Positions 42,655 through 52,383 are shown, counted from the stretch's first letter. The stretch is DNA of 64,000 bases from an uncultured Chloroflexia bacterium (GCA_963721015.1 CAVRHM010000006.1:590484-654483); one strand, 5' to 3'. The notes: generated by a model not told the origin, from the sequence alone. Made by a program: numbers and translations.

Positions 42655-42729
42655 CCGGTGACGTCCCTCGACACGACGTGGAGCCGGGCGAACGCCCGGC
42701 TCCACGAGCCGGATCGGCCGATGCCTCGC

Positions 42730-43593
42730 CTAGCCGCCGGCGGCGACGGCCACCGGCTTCTCGATCGGGACCCCGATCAGGCTGCCGTACTCGGTCCACG
42801 AGCCGTCGTAGTTGCGGACCCGCTCGTAGCCGAGCAGCTCGTGCAGGACGAACCACGAGTGCGAGGAGCGCTCGCCGATCCGGCAGTACGCGATGATGTC
42901 CTTGTCCGCGGTCACGCCCTTGGCCTCATACAGCGCGCGAAGCTCGTCGCGATCCTTGAACGTGCCGTCCTCGCGAACGGTCTGGGCCCACGGGATGGAG
43001 GCGGCGCCGGGGATATGGCCGGGTCGTTGGGCGGTCTCGCTCATGCCGGGCGGGGCGATGATCTCGCCGTTGAACTCGGCCGGCGAGCGGACGTCGACCA
43101 GGGCCAGCTCGGGATCGCCGAGGCGGGGCAGGATGTCGTCACGGAAGGCCCGCAGCGCGAAGTCCGCCTCGGGCAGCTCGTAGCCGGTGGCGTCGTAGGC
43201 CGGGACGTCGGTCGACAGCGGCAGCCCGTTGTCGAGCCAGTACTTGCGCCCGCCGTCGACGATCCGGACGTCGCGATGGCCGTACAGCTTGAGCTGCCAG
43301 TACGCCCAGGCGGCGAACCAGTTGTTGTTGTCGCCGTACAGGGCGATCGTCGTGTCCGGGCCGATGCCGGACTCGGCGACGAGCTTCGAGAAGTCCTCCC
43401 GGGAGGCGATGTCGCGGCGGACCCCGTCGGCCAGCTGGCTCGTCCAATTCCAGCCGATGGCACCCGGGATGTGGCTCTGCTCGTAGGCCGTCGTGTCGAC
43501 GTCCACCTCGACGAAGCGGACGTTCGGGTCGGTCAGGTGATCCTTCGCCCAGGCGGCATCGACGAGGGCGTCGCTGGAGGTGGTGTGACTCAT
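42730..43593 (-). CDS. Thiosulfate/3-mercaptopyruvate sulfurtransferase (double rhodanese, CysA/SseA-like)
   Basis: 287 aa. Active-site loop YCRIGERSSHSWF. Confidence 0.9.
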   Translation of the reverse strand: MSHTTSSDALVDAAWAKDHLTDPNVRFVEVDVDTTAYEQSHIPGAIGWNWTSQLADGVRRDIASREDFSKLVAESGIGPDTTIALYGDNNNWFAAWAYWQLKLYGHRDVRIVDGGRKYWLDNGLPLSTDVPAYDATGYELPEADFALRAFRDDILPRLGDPELALVDVRSPAEFNGEIIAPPGMSETAQRPGHIPGAASIPWAQTVREDGTFKDRDELRALYEAKGVTADKDIIAYCRIGERSSHSWFVLHELLGYERVRNYDGSWTEYGSLIGVPIEKPVAVAAGG

Positions 43594-43659
43594 CGGATCG
43601 GGCTCCTTGCTGGGGGTATGCGAGGTGGGTCGGGTCGTCGGCGGCGGCCGGACCGACGA

Positions 43660-44139
43660 TCAGTCGCCGGACGGTCGGTCGCGACGGCTGAACTCGGCGA
43701 GCCGCTCGGTACAGTCGGCGGCCGCCCGTTGGGCCTGGCGGACGATCCACGGGTCGACCCGGGACGAGTCCTCGATGGTGACGGTCGGGCCGGTCGGGCC
43801 GTCCTCGATGACCAGGCCGCCGGCGTTCCGGTAGTCGGCCATCCAGTTCGCCTGGAGCTGGACCACGACGTCGATCACGACGGGGGTCGGGAACATCCAG
43901 TCCAGGTACGTCGCGTCCAATCGATCGGCGACGTCCGCGACACGGACGGGCACCCCGCGCTCAAGGCGAGCGAGCAGGTCGATGACCCGCAGGCTGGTGA
44001 AGGGATCGCCGGTCTCGGCCACGGTCGGCGGCTGGAGCCGTGGGTCGGGCAGACCGGCCGGAGCGGGTCGAAGCGGACCCAGGCCGATGGTCGAGGAGGA
44101 CGCAGGGGGCACGAGCGGGTTGATCTCCGACCAAGTCAC
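43660..44139 (-). CDS. Hypothetical protein
   Basis: 159 aa with coding-like composition. No family recognised. Confidence 0.4.
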   Translation of the reverse strand: MTWSEINPLVPPASSSTIGLGPLRPAPAGLPDPRLQPPTVAETGDPFTSLRVIDLLARLERGVPVRVADVADRLDATYLDWMFPTPVVIDVVVQLQANWMADYRNAGGLVIEDGPTGPTVTIEDSSRVDPWIVRQAQRAAADCTERLAEFSRRDRPSGD

Positions 44140-44330
44140 TAGGGATTGCCGAGTCTAGCGCGTCACCCCGGTCCGGTCCAGCGCGGCGACGCCGGGATGT
44201 GGACGAACCTTCACCGACCCGCTGCCCCGTCCGCAACCGATGTGCGGCATCCTTCCCGTGCCGGACCTGGCGTCCGGCGCCGTCCGTGCGGCTACCGCAC
44301 GGCTTGGCCGTCGCCCCAGACACGAGCCTG

Positions 44331-45719
44331 ATGCCACCGATGGACACCGACCGGATCCCGACCGAACCGACCACCGACCACGAGCCGCCGGCTGCGACCT
44401 CCCTCGCGACCGGTCCCTCCCAGGCTCCGACGTCACCGGCGGCCGGTCGCGGACGACGGAAGGGCATCCTCGGCGCGGTCGTCGGGGTCGTGCTGATCGC
44501 GACGTTCATCGCCGGGATCGGGGTCGGTGGCATCGTCGTATCCGCCGCCGGCGGATCGACCGCCACCGCCCCGGACCCTGCGGCCACGGACGCTCCGACC
44601 GATTACGGCCTCATCCGCGAGGCCTGGGACACGATCCACGAGAAGTACGTCGGCAAGGACGAGCTCGACGACCGCAAGCTCATCTACGGGGCCATCGACG
44701 GCCTGACCGAGGCCGTCGGGGACACCGGTCACACCGACTTCATGACCCCCGAAGAGCGCGAGGAGCGCAACGACGCGCTGTCCGGCTCGTACGTCGGCAT
44801 CGGCGTCCGGATCGATACGACCGAGGCGGGCCGGCCCAAGATCGTCGGCGTCTTCACCGGCAGCCCGGCCGAAGCCGCCGGGCTGCAGGTCGACGATGTC
44901 ATCGTCGCCGTCGATGGGACGGCGACCGAGGGCAAGACGGTCGACGAGGTCGCGACCATGGTCCGCGGCGAGGCCGGCACGAGCGTGTCGATCACGGTCA
45001 GTGCCGCCGGCACGGGTCCGGAGCGCACCTACGACATCGTCCGCGCCGACGTCCCGCTCCAGCCCGTGTCCTGGACGCTCGTCCCGGGCAGCACGACCGC
45101 GCTCATCCGCCTGGACCAGTTCTCGAGCGGCGCTGCCGACGAGATGGTCGCAGCGCTGAAGGCGGCGCGCGAGGCCGGGGCGACCCGCGTCGTCCTCGAC
45201 CTGCGCGGCAACCCGGGCGGCTACGTCAACGAGGCCGTCGGGATCGCCAGTCAGTTCCTGACCCGCGGGATCGTCTACCAGGAACGCAACGCCGAGGGCG
45301 ATGTGACGACCCACGAGGTCTCGCCGGATGGCGCGGCCACGGACCTTCCCCTCGTCGTGCTCGTCGACGGCAACACGGCCAGCTCGTCCGAGATCGTGTC
45401 CGGCGCGCTGCAGGACGCCGATCGGGCCAAGGTCGTCGGCGAGACGACGTTCGGGACCGGCACGGTCCTCGGCGAGTTCGTCCTGTCGGACGGGTCGGCG
45501 CTGCGCGTCGGGACCGTCGAGTGGCTGACGCCCGATGGGCGGCGGATCTGGCACGAGGGCATCGCCCCGGATGTCGCCGTGGCCCTGCCGGACGAGGTCG
45601 CGCCACTGTCGCCGGATGACGTCCGCGGCATGACCCCGGCCGCGATCAAGGCGATGACCGACGCCCAGCTGGCCAAGGCCCTGGAGCTCGTCGCCGCGGA
45701 GTCGATCGCCGAGAACTAG
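44331..45719 (+). CDS. S41 family C-terminal processing peptidase with PDZ domain
   Basis: N-terminal TM, PDZ (VFTGSPAEAAGLQVDDVIVAVDG), then LDLRGNPGGY and NTASSSEI. Start could be the ATG at 44331 or 44340. Confidence 0.85.
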   Translation: MPPMDTDRIPTEPTTDHEPPAATSLATGPSQAPTSPAAGRGRRKGILGAVVGVVLIATFIAGIGVGGIVVSAAGGSTATAPDPAATDAPTDYGLIREAWDTIHEKYVGKDELDDRKLIYGAIDGLTEAVGDTGHTDFMTPEEREERNDALSGSYVGIGVRIDTTEAGRPKIVGVFTGSPAEAAGLQVDDVIVAVDGTATEGKTVDEVATMVRGEAGTSVSITVSAAGTGPERTYDIVRADVPLQPVSWTLVPGSTTALIRLDQFSSGAADEMVAALKAAREAGATRVVLDLRGNPGGYVNEAVGIASQFLTRGIVYQERNAEGDVTTHEVSPDGAATDLPLVVLVDGNTASSSEIVSGALQDADRAKVVGETTFGTGTVLGEFVLSDGSALRVGTVEWLTPDGRRIWHEGIAPDVAVALPDEVAPLSPDDVRGMTPAAIKAMTDAQLAKALELVAAESIAEN

Positions 45720-46021
45720 GTCTCGACTGACGGCGACGCGCCGTCGTTGGGCGGCTCGCCGGTCGTCGGGTCATCGTCCGGGAAGGTGATCTCCAGCTCC
45801 CCACCGTCCGCACCACTGACGCCGCGGACCGGTGCACCCTTGAGCACGAGCTCGTGCGGCGGCGGCAGTGTCCGCATGATCTGCTGGTCGAAGCCGACGA
45901 TGATCCCGCCGAGCGTCTCCCCGACCGAGCCGCTGCGCCGGCGCTTCTTCGCCTTCGGGCGCGTAGCTTCGGGCTCCTCGGCGTCGGCGGCTTCCCGCGC
46001 GCGATCGACCGGATCAGTCAT
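45716..46021 (-). CDS. Hypothetical small protein
   Basis: 101 aa. Stop codons of this gene and the S41 peptidase overlap (CTAG). Confidence 0.4.
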   Translation of the reverse strand: MTDPVDRAREAADAEEPEATRPKAKKRRRSGSVGETLGGIIVGFDQQIMRTLPPPHELVLKGAPVRGVSGADGGELEITFPDDDPTTGEPPNDGASPSVET

Positions 46022-46199
46022 GCCGTGACCGCCACGACGATCAAGCCGTAGAAAAGCGCGCGACGGCGGGACATCGAGTGGAGTCTACGAGGAATGCCCG
46101 GGACGGCTGGACGGCGGCGCGATACTACTGTTCGGGTCGTCCGGCCCCAGCCCGAAGGACGCTGCGCGGTCCACCGACGACACCGGGGAGGGTCAGCCC

Positions 46200-46685
46200 A
46201 TGCACATCCAGGCACGTGCCCACACCGCCAAGTCCCCTCCCGACCTACTCGAGTTCCTCAGGGTCTTCGACCGGGATGACGAGCACGGCGGCCCCATCAA
46301 CATCGAGGGGGTCAGCGGCGCGAGGGTCGAGGGGGGCGGCTTCCTCTGCTTCACCGTCGAGCACGGCCGTGTCCGAAACGCCCATGCCCGCCTCACGGCC
46401 GAAAGCTACCGCGTCCAGTGGACGAGAGCGATCCACAAGGAGCGGATCCCGCCCCTGGCCGGCTCGGGCGCCGCGCTCGCGGCCGATGACCCGAACCAGC
46501 CCGGCGTGCTGGCCGGCATCATCGAGCGGGCGAAGGGCTCGCAGGTCGCCGAAGGGCGCGCCATCGACTGCGTGCTCATCGGCGCGAGGACGGGCGAACC
46601 AGGCGTGTTCTACGCCCAGGTGACGTTCGTCGGCGACCCCTGGTCTGACGTCCCGAACGACGACGACGACAACGTCGACGACTGA
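46200..46685 (+). CDS. Unknown-function protein, paralogue A of a tandem pair (possibly ACT-like fold)
   Basis: 161 aa, MHIQARA..SPPDLLEFL..PINIEGVSG. GGAGGG Shine-Dalgarno 6-7 nt upstream. Confidence 0.55.
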   Translation: MHIQARAHTAKSPPDLLEFLRVFDRDDEHGGPINIEGVSGARVEGGGFLCFTVEHGRVRNAHARLTAESYRVQWTRAIHKERIPPLAGSGAALAADDPNQPGVLAGIIERAKGSQVAEGRAIDCVLIGARTGEPGVFYAQVTFVGDPWSDVPNDDDDNVDD

Positions 46686-46800
46686 GGCCGACGAAGAACG
46701 AACGAATCGACCCCCGCCGACGCCCTATCAGTAGAGTGCCGGTCGAGCCGGATCGGGTCCCCGTGTGCCCCGACGGTCGTTGGCGCTCGGAGGGTCAGCC

Positions 46801-47262
46801 ATGCATATCCAGGCGAAGGCGACGCCCGCAGCCTCGCCGCCGAACCTCGAGGCGTTCCTCGCGGTCCTGTCCGAACCCGCCGCGCCACGCGCGCCGATCA
46901 ACATCGAAGGCGTCAGTGGCCACGACCTGGAGCTCGGTGGCGACTTCATCTTCTCGTTCGACCACGATCGCGTGAACGACGTCGGAGCGTGGCTCGAGGA
47001 GGCCGGCTACGCCGTCGAGTTCTTCGAAGGCGACATGGACGAGATCGGCAACGTCGACCAGGTCGTGACCGACGACTCGCGTCTGGCCGTGTTCGTCGTG
47101 GAGGCCGACGAGACCGGGGCGCTGCTCGCAGCGGTCCGCGGCCTGGGCGCCGCCAATCTGCCGTCGGGTCGGGTCATCCGCCACATCGTCGTCGGTCGGG
47201 AGACGCAGATCGATAAGCGCTTCTACGTCCAGGTCGCCTTCCGCGAGGTGAAGCGAGCCTAA
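46801..47262 (+). CDS. Unknown-function protein, paralogue B of the tandem pair
   Basis: 153 aa from the ATG at 46801, MHIQAKA..SPPNLEAFL..PINIEGVSG. Same GGAGGGTCAGCC-ATG context as paralogue A. Confidence 0.55.
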   Translation: MHIQAKATPAASPPNLEAFLAVLSEPAAPRAPINIEGVSGHDLELGGDFIFSFDHDRVNDVGAWLEEAGYAVEFFEGDMDEIGNVDQVVTDDSRLAVFVVEADETGALLAAVRGLGAANLPSGRVIRHIVVGRETQIDKRFYVQVAFREVKRA

Positions 47263-47651
47263 GCGACCGAGGGCACCAGACGCAGGGTCGTCGCCAGCGT
47301 CTCCGGGCGGAGCATGCTCGCCAGGGCCGGATCGGCGGCGTAAGTCCGTTCGAGGGCGCGCGAACAGCGCTCGATCGACGGCGGATCGTCGGCCGGCTCT
47401 GCCTCGACGTCGATGGCCGGCCACCGATCGCGATGGGCGACGACGACTGCGTGCGGGTCGGCCTGGAGATCGCGATACCAGCGGCCGCGGGTCCCGCGGA
47501 CCGAGCGGACGAACACGTCCCCGTCGTCGACGACGATCCAGATGATCGTGGACCGCGGAGCGCCGCCCGGGTCGTGCCGGTCGACGGTCTGGATCCGAAC
47601 GGTCTGCACGGCTTCCAGCCGGGCCAGGGTCGCGGCGTCGAACGTGGCCAT
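47259..47651 (-). CDS. DUF2255 family protein
   Basis: 130 aa from MATFDAATLARLEAVQTVRIQT..IIWIVVDDGDVFVRSVRGTRGRWYRD, matching the DUF2255 pattern. Confidence 0.6.
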   Translation of the reverse strand: MATFDAATLARLEAVQTVRIQTVDRHDPGGAPRSTIIWIVVDDGDVFVRSVRGTRGRWYRDLQADPHAVVVAHRDRWPAIDVEAEPADDPPSIERCSRALERTYAADPALASMLRPETLATTLRLVPSVA

Positions 47652-47668
47652 GCCGAGCCTCAGGCCGC

Positions 47669-49258
47669 CTAGAGGAGCTCTCCGTGGGCGGACGCCGTCG
47701 GTTCGCCCTCCTTGGGTCGGGGTTCCTCGCCGGGGCCGTAGTCCGCGGTGCCGTTCGTGGCCGGGCCGGCGTCGACGGCGGTCGGGCCCGGCTCCAGCAC
47801 CTTGAGCGGGGCGCCGGCCGTGCCCTCGATCGCCCCGACTCCGAACGGGACCCACTTGCTGGGGTCCTGGAGCCGGTGCGCCTCGGTGTTGCCGCGCGCG
47901 TGGACCTCGTCGAAGCCCTTGGGCTCGATCCACATCCGCTCGCCCTCGAGCAGGCCCAGGACGCCGGACTGCCCAGGCTCGGGCCGCTCGTGCTGGCAGT
48001 ACCGACACCCGGCCTGGTCGTGCTTCTGGTAGGTCTCGGGCTCCTCGTAGGTCGTGATGTAGCCCTCGTAGTTGCGGAGCACGACCTTGTGGTCGGAGTA
48101 CGAGATGAGGTAGTTGGGCATGACCGGGATCTTGCCGCCGCCACCGGGCGCATCGATGACGTAGGTCGGGACCGCGTAGCCGGAGGTATGCCCGCGCAGG
48201 CCCTCGATGATCTCGAGGCCCTTGCCGACCGGCGTCCGGAAGTGCCCGGAGCCCTCCACCAGGTCGCACTGGTAGAGGTAGTACGGCCGGATCCGATTCG
48301 CGACGAGCTTGTGGACGAGGGCGCGCTGGATGTGCACGCAGTCGTTGACGCCAGCCAGCAGGACGCTCTGGTTGCCGACCGGGAGGCCGGCCTTGGTCAG
48401 CTTGTCGACCGCCCGCGAGACCTCCGGGGTGATCTCGTTCGGGTGGTTGAAGTGGAGGTTGATCCAGAGCGGGTGGTACTTCTCGAGCATCTCGCAGAGC
48501 TCGTCGTCGATGCGCTGCGGCAGGAAGACCGGGACCCGCGAGCCGATCCGGACGATCTCGATGTGCGGGATCTCGCGGAGCCCCTTGAGGATCTTCTCGA
48601 AGAGCTTCGGGGCGAGGGTCAGCCCGTCGCCGCCGGAGATGAGGACGTCGCGGACCTGCGGGGTCCGGCGCAGGTACTCGAGCTGGGCCTCGTGGTCGCG
48701 CGAGTTGAAGTTCTGGGTCGGGTCACCGACGATCCGCGATCGCGTGCAATACCGGCAGTACGACGCACACTGGGTCGTGACCAGCATCAGGACCCGGTCC
48801 GGATAGCGGTGGACGAGCCCGGGCACGGGCGAGTGGCGGTCCTCGGCGAGGGAGTCCTCCATCATCGCCGTGAACGCCTCCTGCTCACGTCCGAGCGGGA
48901 TGACCTGGCGACGGATGGGATCGTCCGGATCGTCCGGGTCGATGAGGCTGATGAAGTACGGCGTGACGTCCACCCGGAACTTGTCCGGTGCGGACAGGCC
49001 GGCCCGCTCCTCCGGCGTCAGGTTCAGGATCTGCTCGATCTCCTCGAGCTCATTGACTCGATTCGAGAGCTGCCACCGCCAGTCGTTCCACTTCTCGTCA
49101 GGGATGTCCTCGTAGATCCGCGCCCGCCGGCTGACCGCCGGGCGACCGTCCGGGCCGAGCGCGCGGGCCGGGTCGGCGAGATTGACGAACGGCGCCTCGG
49201 ACAGGGCACGCTCTGTGGCCTGGTGCGCGACGGCGGTCTTGATCTCCTGGGCGTCCAC
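47669..49258 (-). CDS. kamA: Lysine 2,3-aminomutase (radical SAM, PLP)
   Basis: 529 aa. CASYCRYCTRS radical-SAM triad plus GGDGL and the rest of a KamA core. Extra Pro/Gly/Glu-rich C-terminal tail. Confidence 0.9.
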   Translation of the reverse strand: MDAQEIKTAVAHQATERALSEAPFVNLADPARALGPDGRPAVSRRARIYEDIPDEKWNDWRWQLSNRVNELEEIEQILNLTPEERAGLSAPDKFRVDVTPYFISLIDPDDPDDPIRRQVIPLGREQEAFTAMMEDSLAEDRHSPVPGLVHRYPDRVLMLVTTQCASYCRYCTRSRIVGDPTQNFNSRDHEAQLEYLRRTPQVRDVLISGGDGLTLAPKLFEKILKGLREIPHIEIVRIGSRVPVFLPQRIDDELCEMLEKYHPLWINLHFNHPNEITPEVSRAVDKLTKAGLPVGNQSVLLAGVNDCVHIQRALVHKLVANRIRPYYLYQCDLVEGSGHFRTPVGKGLEIIEGLRGHTSGYAVPTYVIDAPGGGGKIPVMPNYLISYSDHKVVLRNYEGYITTYEEPETYQKHDQAGCRYCQHERPEPGQSGVLGLLEGERMWIEPKGFDEVHARGNTEAHRLQDPSKWVPFGVGAIEGTAGAPLKVLEPGPTAVDAGPATNGTADYGPGEEPRPKEGEPTASAHGELL

Positions 49259-49294
49259 GCGGGCGGTGCCTCCGGTCGGTCAGCGTCTCGGGCC

Positions 49295-49315
49295 GGTGCA
49301 TAGAAAGTATGCACC
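49295..49315. promoter_or_regulatory. Perfect 8-5-8 inverted repeat upstream of kamA
   Basis: GGTGCATA-GAAAG-TATGCACC, 37-57 nt upstream of the kamA ATG (49258). Locally AT-rich. No U-tract on either strand. Confidence 0.35.
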
Positions 49316-49384
49316 GTGCAAGTCGCCGGGATGATAGCCGAGGACCGTCCGGGCGGTCCAGCGGCCGGAGGTACCGGTGCGCGG

Positions 49385-51916
49385 TTACGGCACGCTGGCG
49401 GCGCGCAGGTCGATGCCCGCGCGCTGGAGCTCGCGGATGACCTGGCCGAAGAACGGGTGCTCCTCGAACGACAGGGCCTTGCGGTTGGCGACGAGGAAGA
49501 GCACCTCCCGGCCGTCGTCGATGCGCACGACCTCGGCGCCGTGGCGGTTCAGGATCTTGGCCGTGGCGGCCGCGGCCGATGCGGCGACCCGGATGCGGAT
49601 GGCCGAGCCGACCGGGGGCAGGGCGTCCGCGGCCGTGAGCGCGGCCTTCTCCGCCGCGGCCCGGGCCTTCGACCCGGCCAGCGCGGCCGCGCCGAAATCG
49701 TCTGGCGCGTCGCCGACGATCGCGTTCCACAGCATCCGCTGAGTGCCCTGGGTCCAGGCTCGGAAGTTCGGGTCGACCGAGAACGACACGACGCGCCCCG
49801 CCCCGACGGCCTCGTCGACGACCGCTGCCGTGCCGGCCAGCGTGTCGACCTTGATGGCCAGGCCGGACGTCGCGTGATCGGCATCGGCCGGCGCCGGGAA
49901 TGACGCGACGACCTGGCCGAGACCCGGCTGCATCGTCATGTCGTCCTGGTACATCACCCAGGCCCGATCGCCGATGTCCGTGGCCAGCGGGCTGGCGTCG
50001 TCGACCGCGACCCGGATGAGCGTGCCCGGGGCATTCGTGTGCGACGTCCCGAACTTGGCGCTCGATGCGCCCGACTTCGCGGCCACGACCGCGCCGCCCT
50101 GCCAGGCGACGATCCGGCCGCCGGCATTGACCCAGTCGCGGAGGGCCTTCTTGCCCTTGGAACCGAGCGCCTGGACGCCGTAGTTCGCGTAGCCGTCGGG
50201 CATGACCAGGACGTCGACACCGGCCAGTCCGGCGATGATGTCGGCGGCGGTCACGTCGGTGAACGGCAGATCCCAGACGTCCCGGAAGAGGTACTTCGTC
50301 TGATAGGCGGCCTCGTAGCCGCGCGTGCTGTTCGGGATCTCGAACAGGCCGACCGTCGGGAGACCGCCGGAGGCGTCCCAGGCCGGCACGCCGACCGGCG
50401 GGACGACCTGGGCGCTGGGCGCTACGGTCTGGCCGGTCCAGCCACCGTCGAGGTCCATGAGCAGCGGATTGCTCCACGCGGTCACGTCGTAGGTGACCTC
50501 GAATGGGATCCAGTCCTCCTCGTGGAGCATCGCCTGGATCCAGTGCTTCTGGCCCTGGGCCAGCGGGACCCAGTAGGTGCCGACCGGGAAGGTCCGCGCG
50601 ACGGGATCGTCGCCGTAGGGATGGAAGTCCGACAGCGCCAGCTCGGCGTCGAGCGCGTAGACGGTGACGTCCATCCGCTGTAGCCGGTCGATGAGCAAGG
50701 CCAGCTCGTAGGCCTTCTCGGGGTCGTCTTCGATGAGGTAGCCGCGGACGGTCACGTCCGGCACGGGCTGGTACAGCTTGTGCTTGGCCTCGAACACGGC
50801 GTTCGGCTCCAGCTCGCCGGCCAGACCCTGCTGATACGCCTCCTCGAACGAGTTCCGCCAGTCGGCGACGAGGTCCCCACCGGCCGCGGCGCCGGCCGCG
50901 AGCGACGCCCAGATGGCCGTGAACTGCTCGTGCTCGCGCTCCGAGATCGGGTCGCCGCTCTCCTTCTCGAAGGTCATCCCGGCCGCGTGATGACCGACGG
51001 TCGGGACGGTGTCGCCGAAGATCGTCGCGAAGAAGTCGTACGGCGCCCCGTGGAAGTACTTGATGCCCTCCTCGTCGAACTGCTCGACGATGGCCGGGCT
51101 GTACAGCCCGTTGATCCAGTCGTGGGCCTGGTCGGGCGTCTCGTGGTACTCGGGGTCGGCGTTGGGCGGGAAGAAGTAGTCGGCCAGGCCGAACTCATGC
51201 GCGTCGATGAACAGCATCGGCGGGTAGTCGGCGATGACCTCGAGCTTGCCGTCGGTCTCCGGCTGGGTCCGTGCGAACCAGTCGCGGTTCATGTCGAAGC
51301 CGTTCAGGTTGCGGCGCTGCCCGATCTCGCGGCCGTCGGGGTTCTGGGTCGGCAGGACGACGACGATGGCGTCGGCGAGGATATCCTCGACGACGCAGTC
51401 GGTCCGCGCGGCCAGCTCGTAGAGGGCGTGCATCGACGCGTCGGCCCCGCTCTCCTCGCCGCCATGGACGTTGCCGGCCACCCACAGGACCGCCGGCGTG
51501 TCGGTCAGCGCGTCCGACAGCGCATCGCCGGTCACGAGCGGATCGCGCAGGACCTGCAGGTCGTCGCGGATGGCCTCGAGCGCTTCGGGCGTCACCCGGT
51601 CCTCGTGGCCGACGATGGCGTAACGGATGGAGGTCCCGGCCACGGACGTGGCGGCTTCGGCCGTGACGACCCGGTCGCTGTCCGCATCGACCGTCTCGAG
51701 ATACTCGTTGATCTCGTTGATCCCGTTCGCGGTGTCGATGGCCAGCTGCTGCTCGCCGAAGTCGAACCCGAGGACGTCCGTCGCGGTCCGCACGCCGGGG
51801 TCGTAGACCGGCGGGGTCGTGAACGGATCGCACGCGGCCAGGACGACCGATGGCGCCGCGGCGGCCGGGATGACGAGGGACAGGGCGAGCAGGGACGCGA
51901 CGACGCGACGGTGCAC
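49385..51916 (-). CDS. Secreted M14 family zinc carboxypeptidase, large multidomain form
   Basis: 843 aa, uninterrupted. Signal peptide present. Motifs HGGEESG, NPDGRE and NRDW. Confidence 0.85.
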   Translation of the reverse strand: MHRRVVASLLALSLVIPAAAAPSVVLAACDPFTTPPVYDPGVRTATDVLGFDFGEQQLAIDTANGINEINEYLETVDADSDRVVTAEAATSVAGTSIRYAIVGHEDRVTPEALEAIRDDLQVLRDPLVTGDALSDALTDTPAVLWVAGNVHGGEESGADASMHALYELAARTDCVVEDILADAIVVVLPTQNPDGREIGQRRNLNGFDMNRDWFARTQPETDGKLEVIADYPPMLFIDAHEFGLADYFFPPNADPEYHETPDQAHDWINGLYSPAIVEQFDEEGIKYFHGAPYDFFATIFGDTVPTVGHHAAGMTFEKESGDPISEREHEQFTAIWASLAAGAAAGGDLVADWRNSFEEAYQQGLAGELEPNAVFEAKHKLYQPVPDVTVRGYLIEDDPEKAYELALLIDRLQRMDVTVYALDAELALSDFHPYGDDPVARTFPVGTYWVPLAQGQKHWIQAMLHEEDWIPFEVTYDVTAWSNPLLMDLDGGWTGQTVAPSAQVVPPVGVPAWDASGGLPTVGLFEIPNSTRGYEAAYQTKYLFRDVWDLPFTDVTAADIIAGLAGVDVLVMPDGYANYGVQALGSKGKKALRDWVNAGGRIVAWQGGAVVAAKSGASSAKFGTSHTNAPGTLIRVAVDDASPLATDIGDRAWVMYQDDMTMQPGLGQVVASFPAPADADHATSGLAIKVDTLAGTAAVVDEAVGAGRVVSFSVDPNFRAWTQGTQRMLWNAIVGDAPDDFGAAALAGSKARAAAEKAALTAADALPPVGSAIRIRVAASAAAATAKILNRHGAEVVRIDDGREVLFLVANRKALSFEEHPFFGQVIRELQRAGIDLRAASVP

Positions 51917-52053
51917 GGGGACCTCCTTGGCGCGCGGGGGAAGGACGCGTTATGAGGCGGCGGGGATGGGCGGTCAGTCTGGGCGGGCGCCCGTCCCCGG
52001 GTCAACCGCGCTGGTGCCCTCGCGCACCACGAGCGGTGCGGGGCGGCGCAGCG

Positions 52054-52383
52054 TTACTCGCCGACGACAGCCCAGATGAGGCCCATCATGATGAAGAAGC
52101 CCGTGAACAGGGCGATCAATCCGATGGCCCCGTACGGCGAGCTGGCGCCCACGTGGGGGACGAGCTGGAGGGTCACGCCGAAGACGACGAGCCAGAGGAT
52201 GAACAGGAACGTGAACAGGAACTTCGCGTTCGGGTTGGTGATCTTGCGCGCCCACCCGGCCCAGCGTCCGCCGCCCTCGGCCGTCAGCACGGACCGGAGC
52301 ATGATCCAGATCATCAGGACGACGATGGCCGTCGAGACCCAGAATGGGATGGGCTGCAGGAACCAGACCAGGAACAGCTGCAT
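52054..52383 (-). CDS. Small integral membrane protein, unknown function
   Basis: 109 aa with 3-4 TM helices. Lower GC because of Phe/Ile/Lys/Asn codons. Confidence 0.5.
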   Translation of the reverse strand: MQLFLVWFLQPIPFWVSTAIVVLMIWIMLRSVLTAEGGGRWAGWARKITNPNAKFLFTFLFILWLVVFGVTLQLVPHVGASSPYGAIGLIALFTGFFIMMGLIWAVVGE

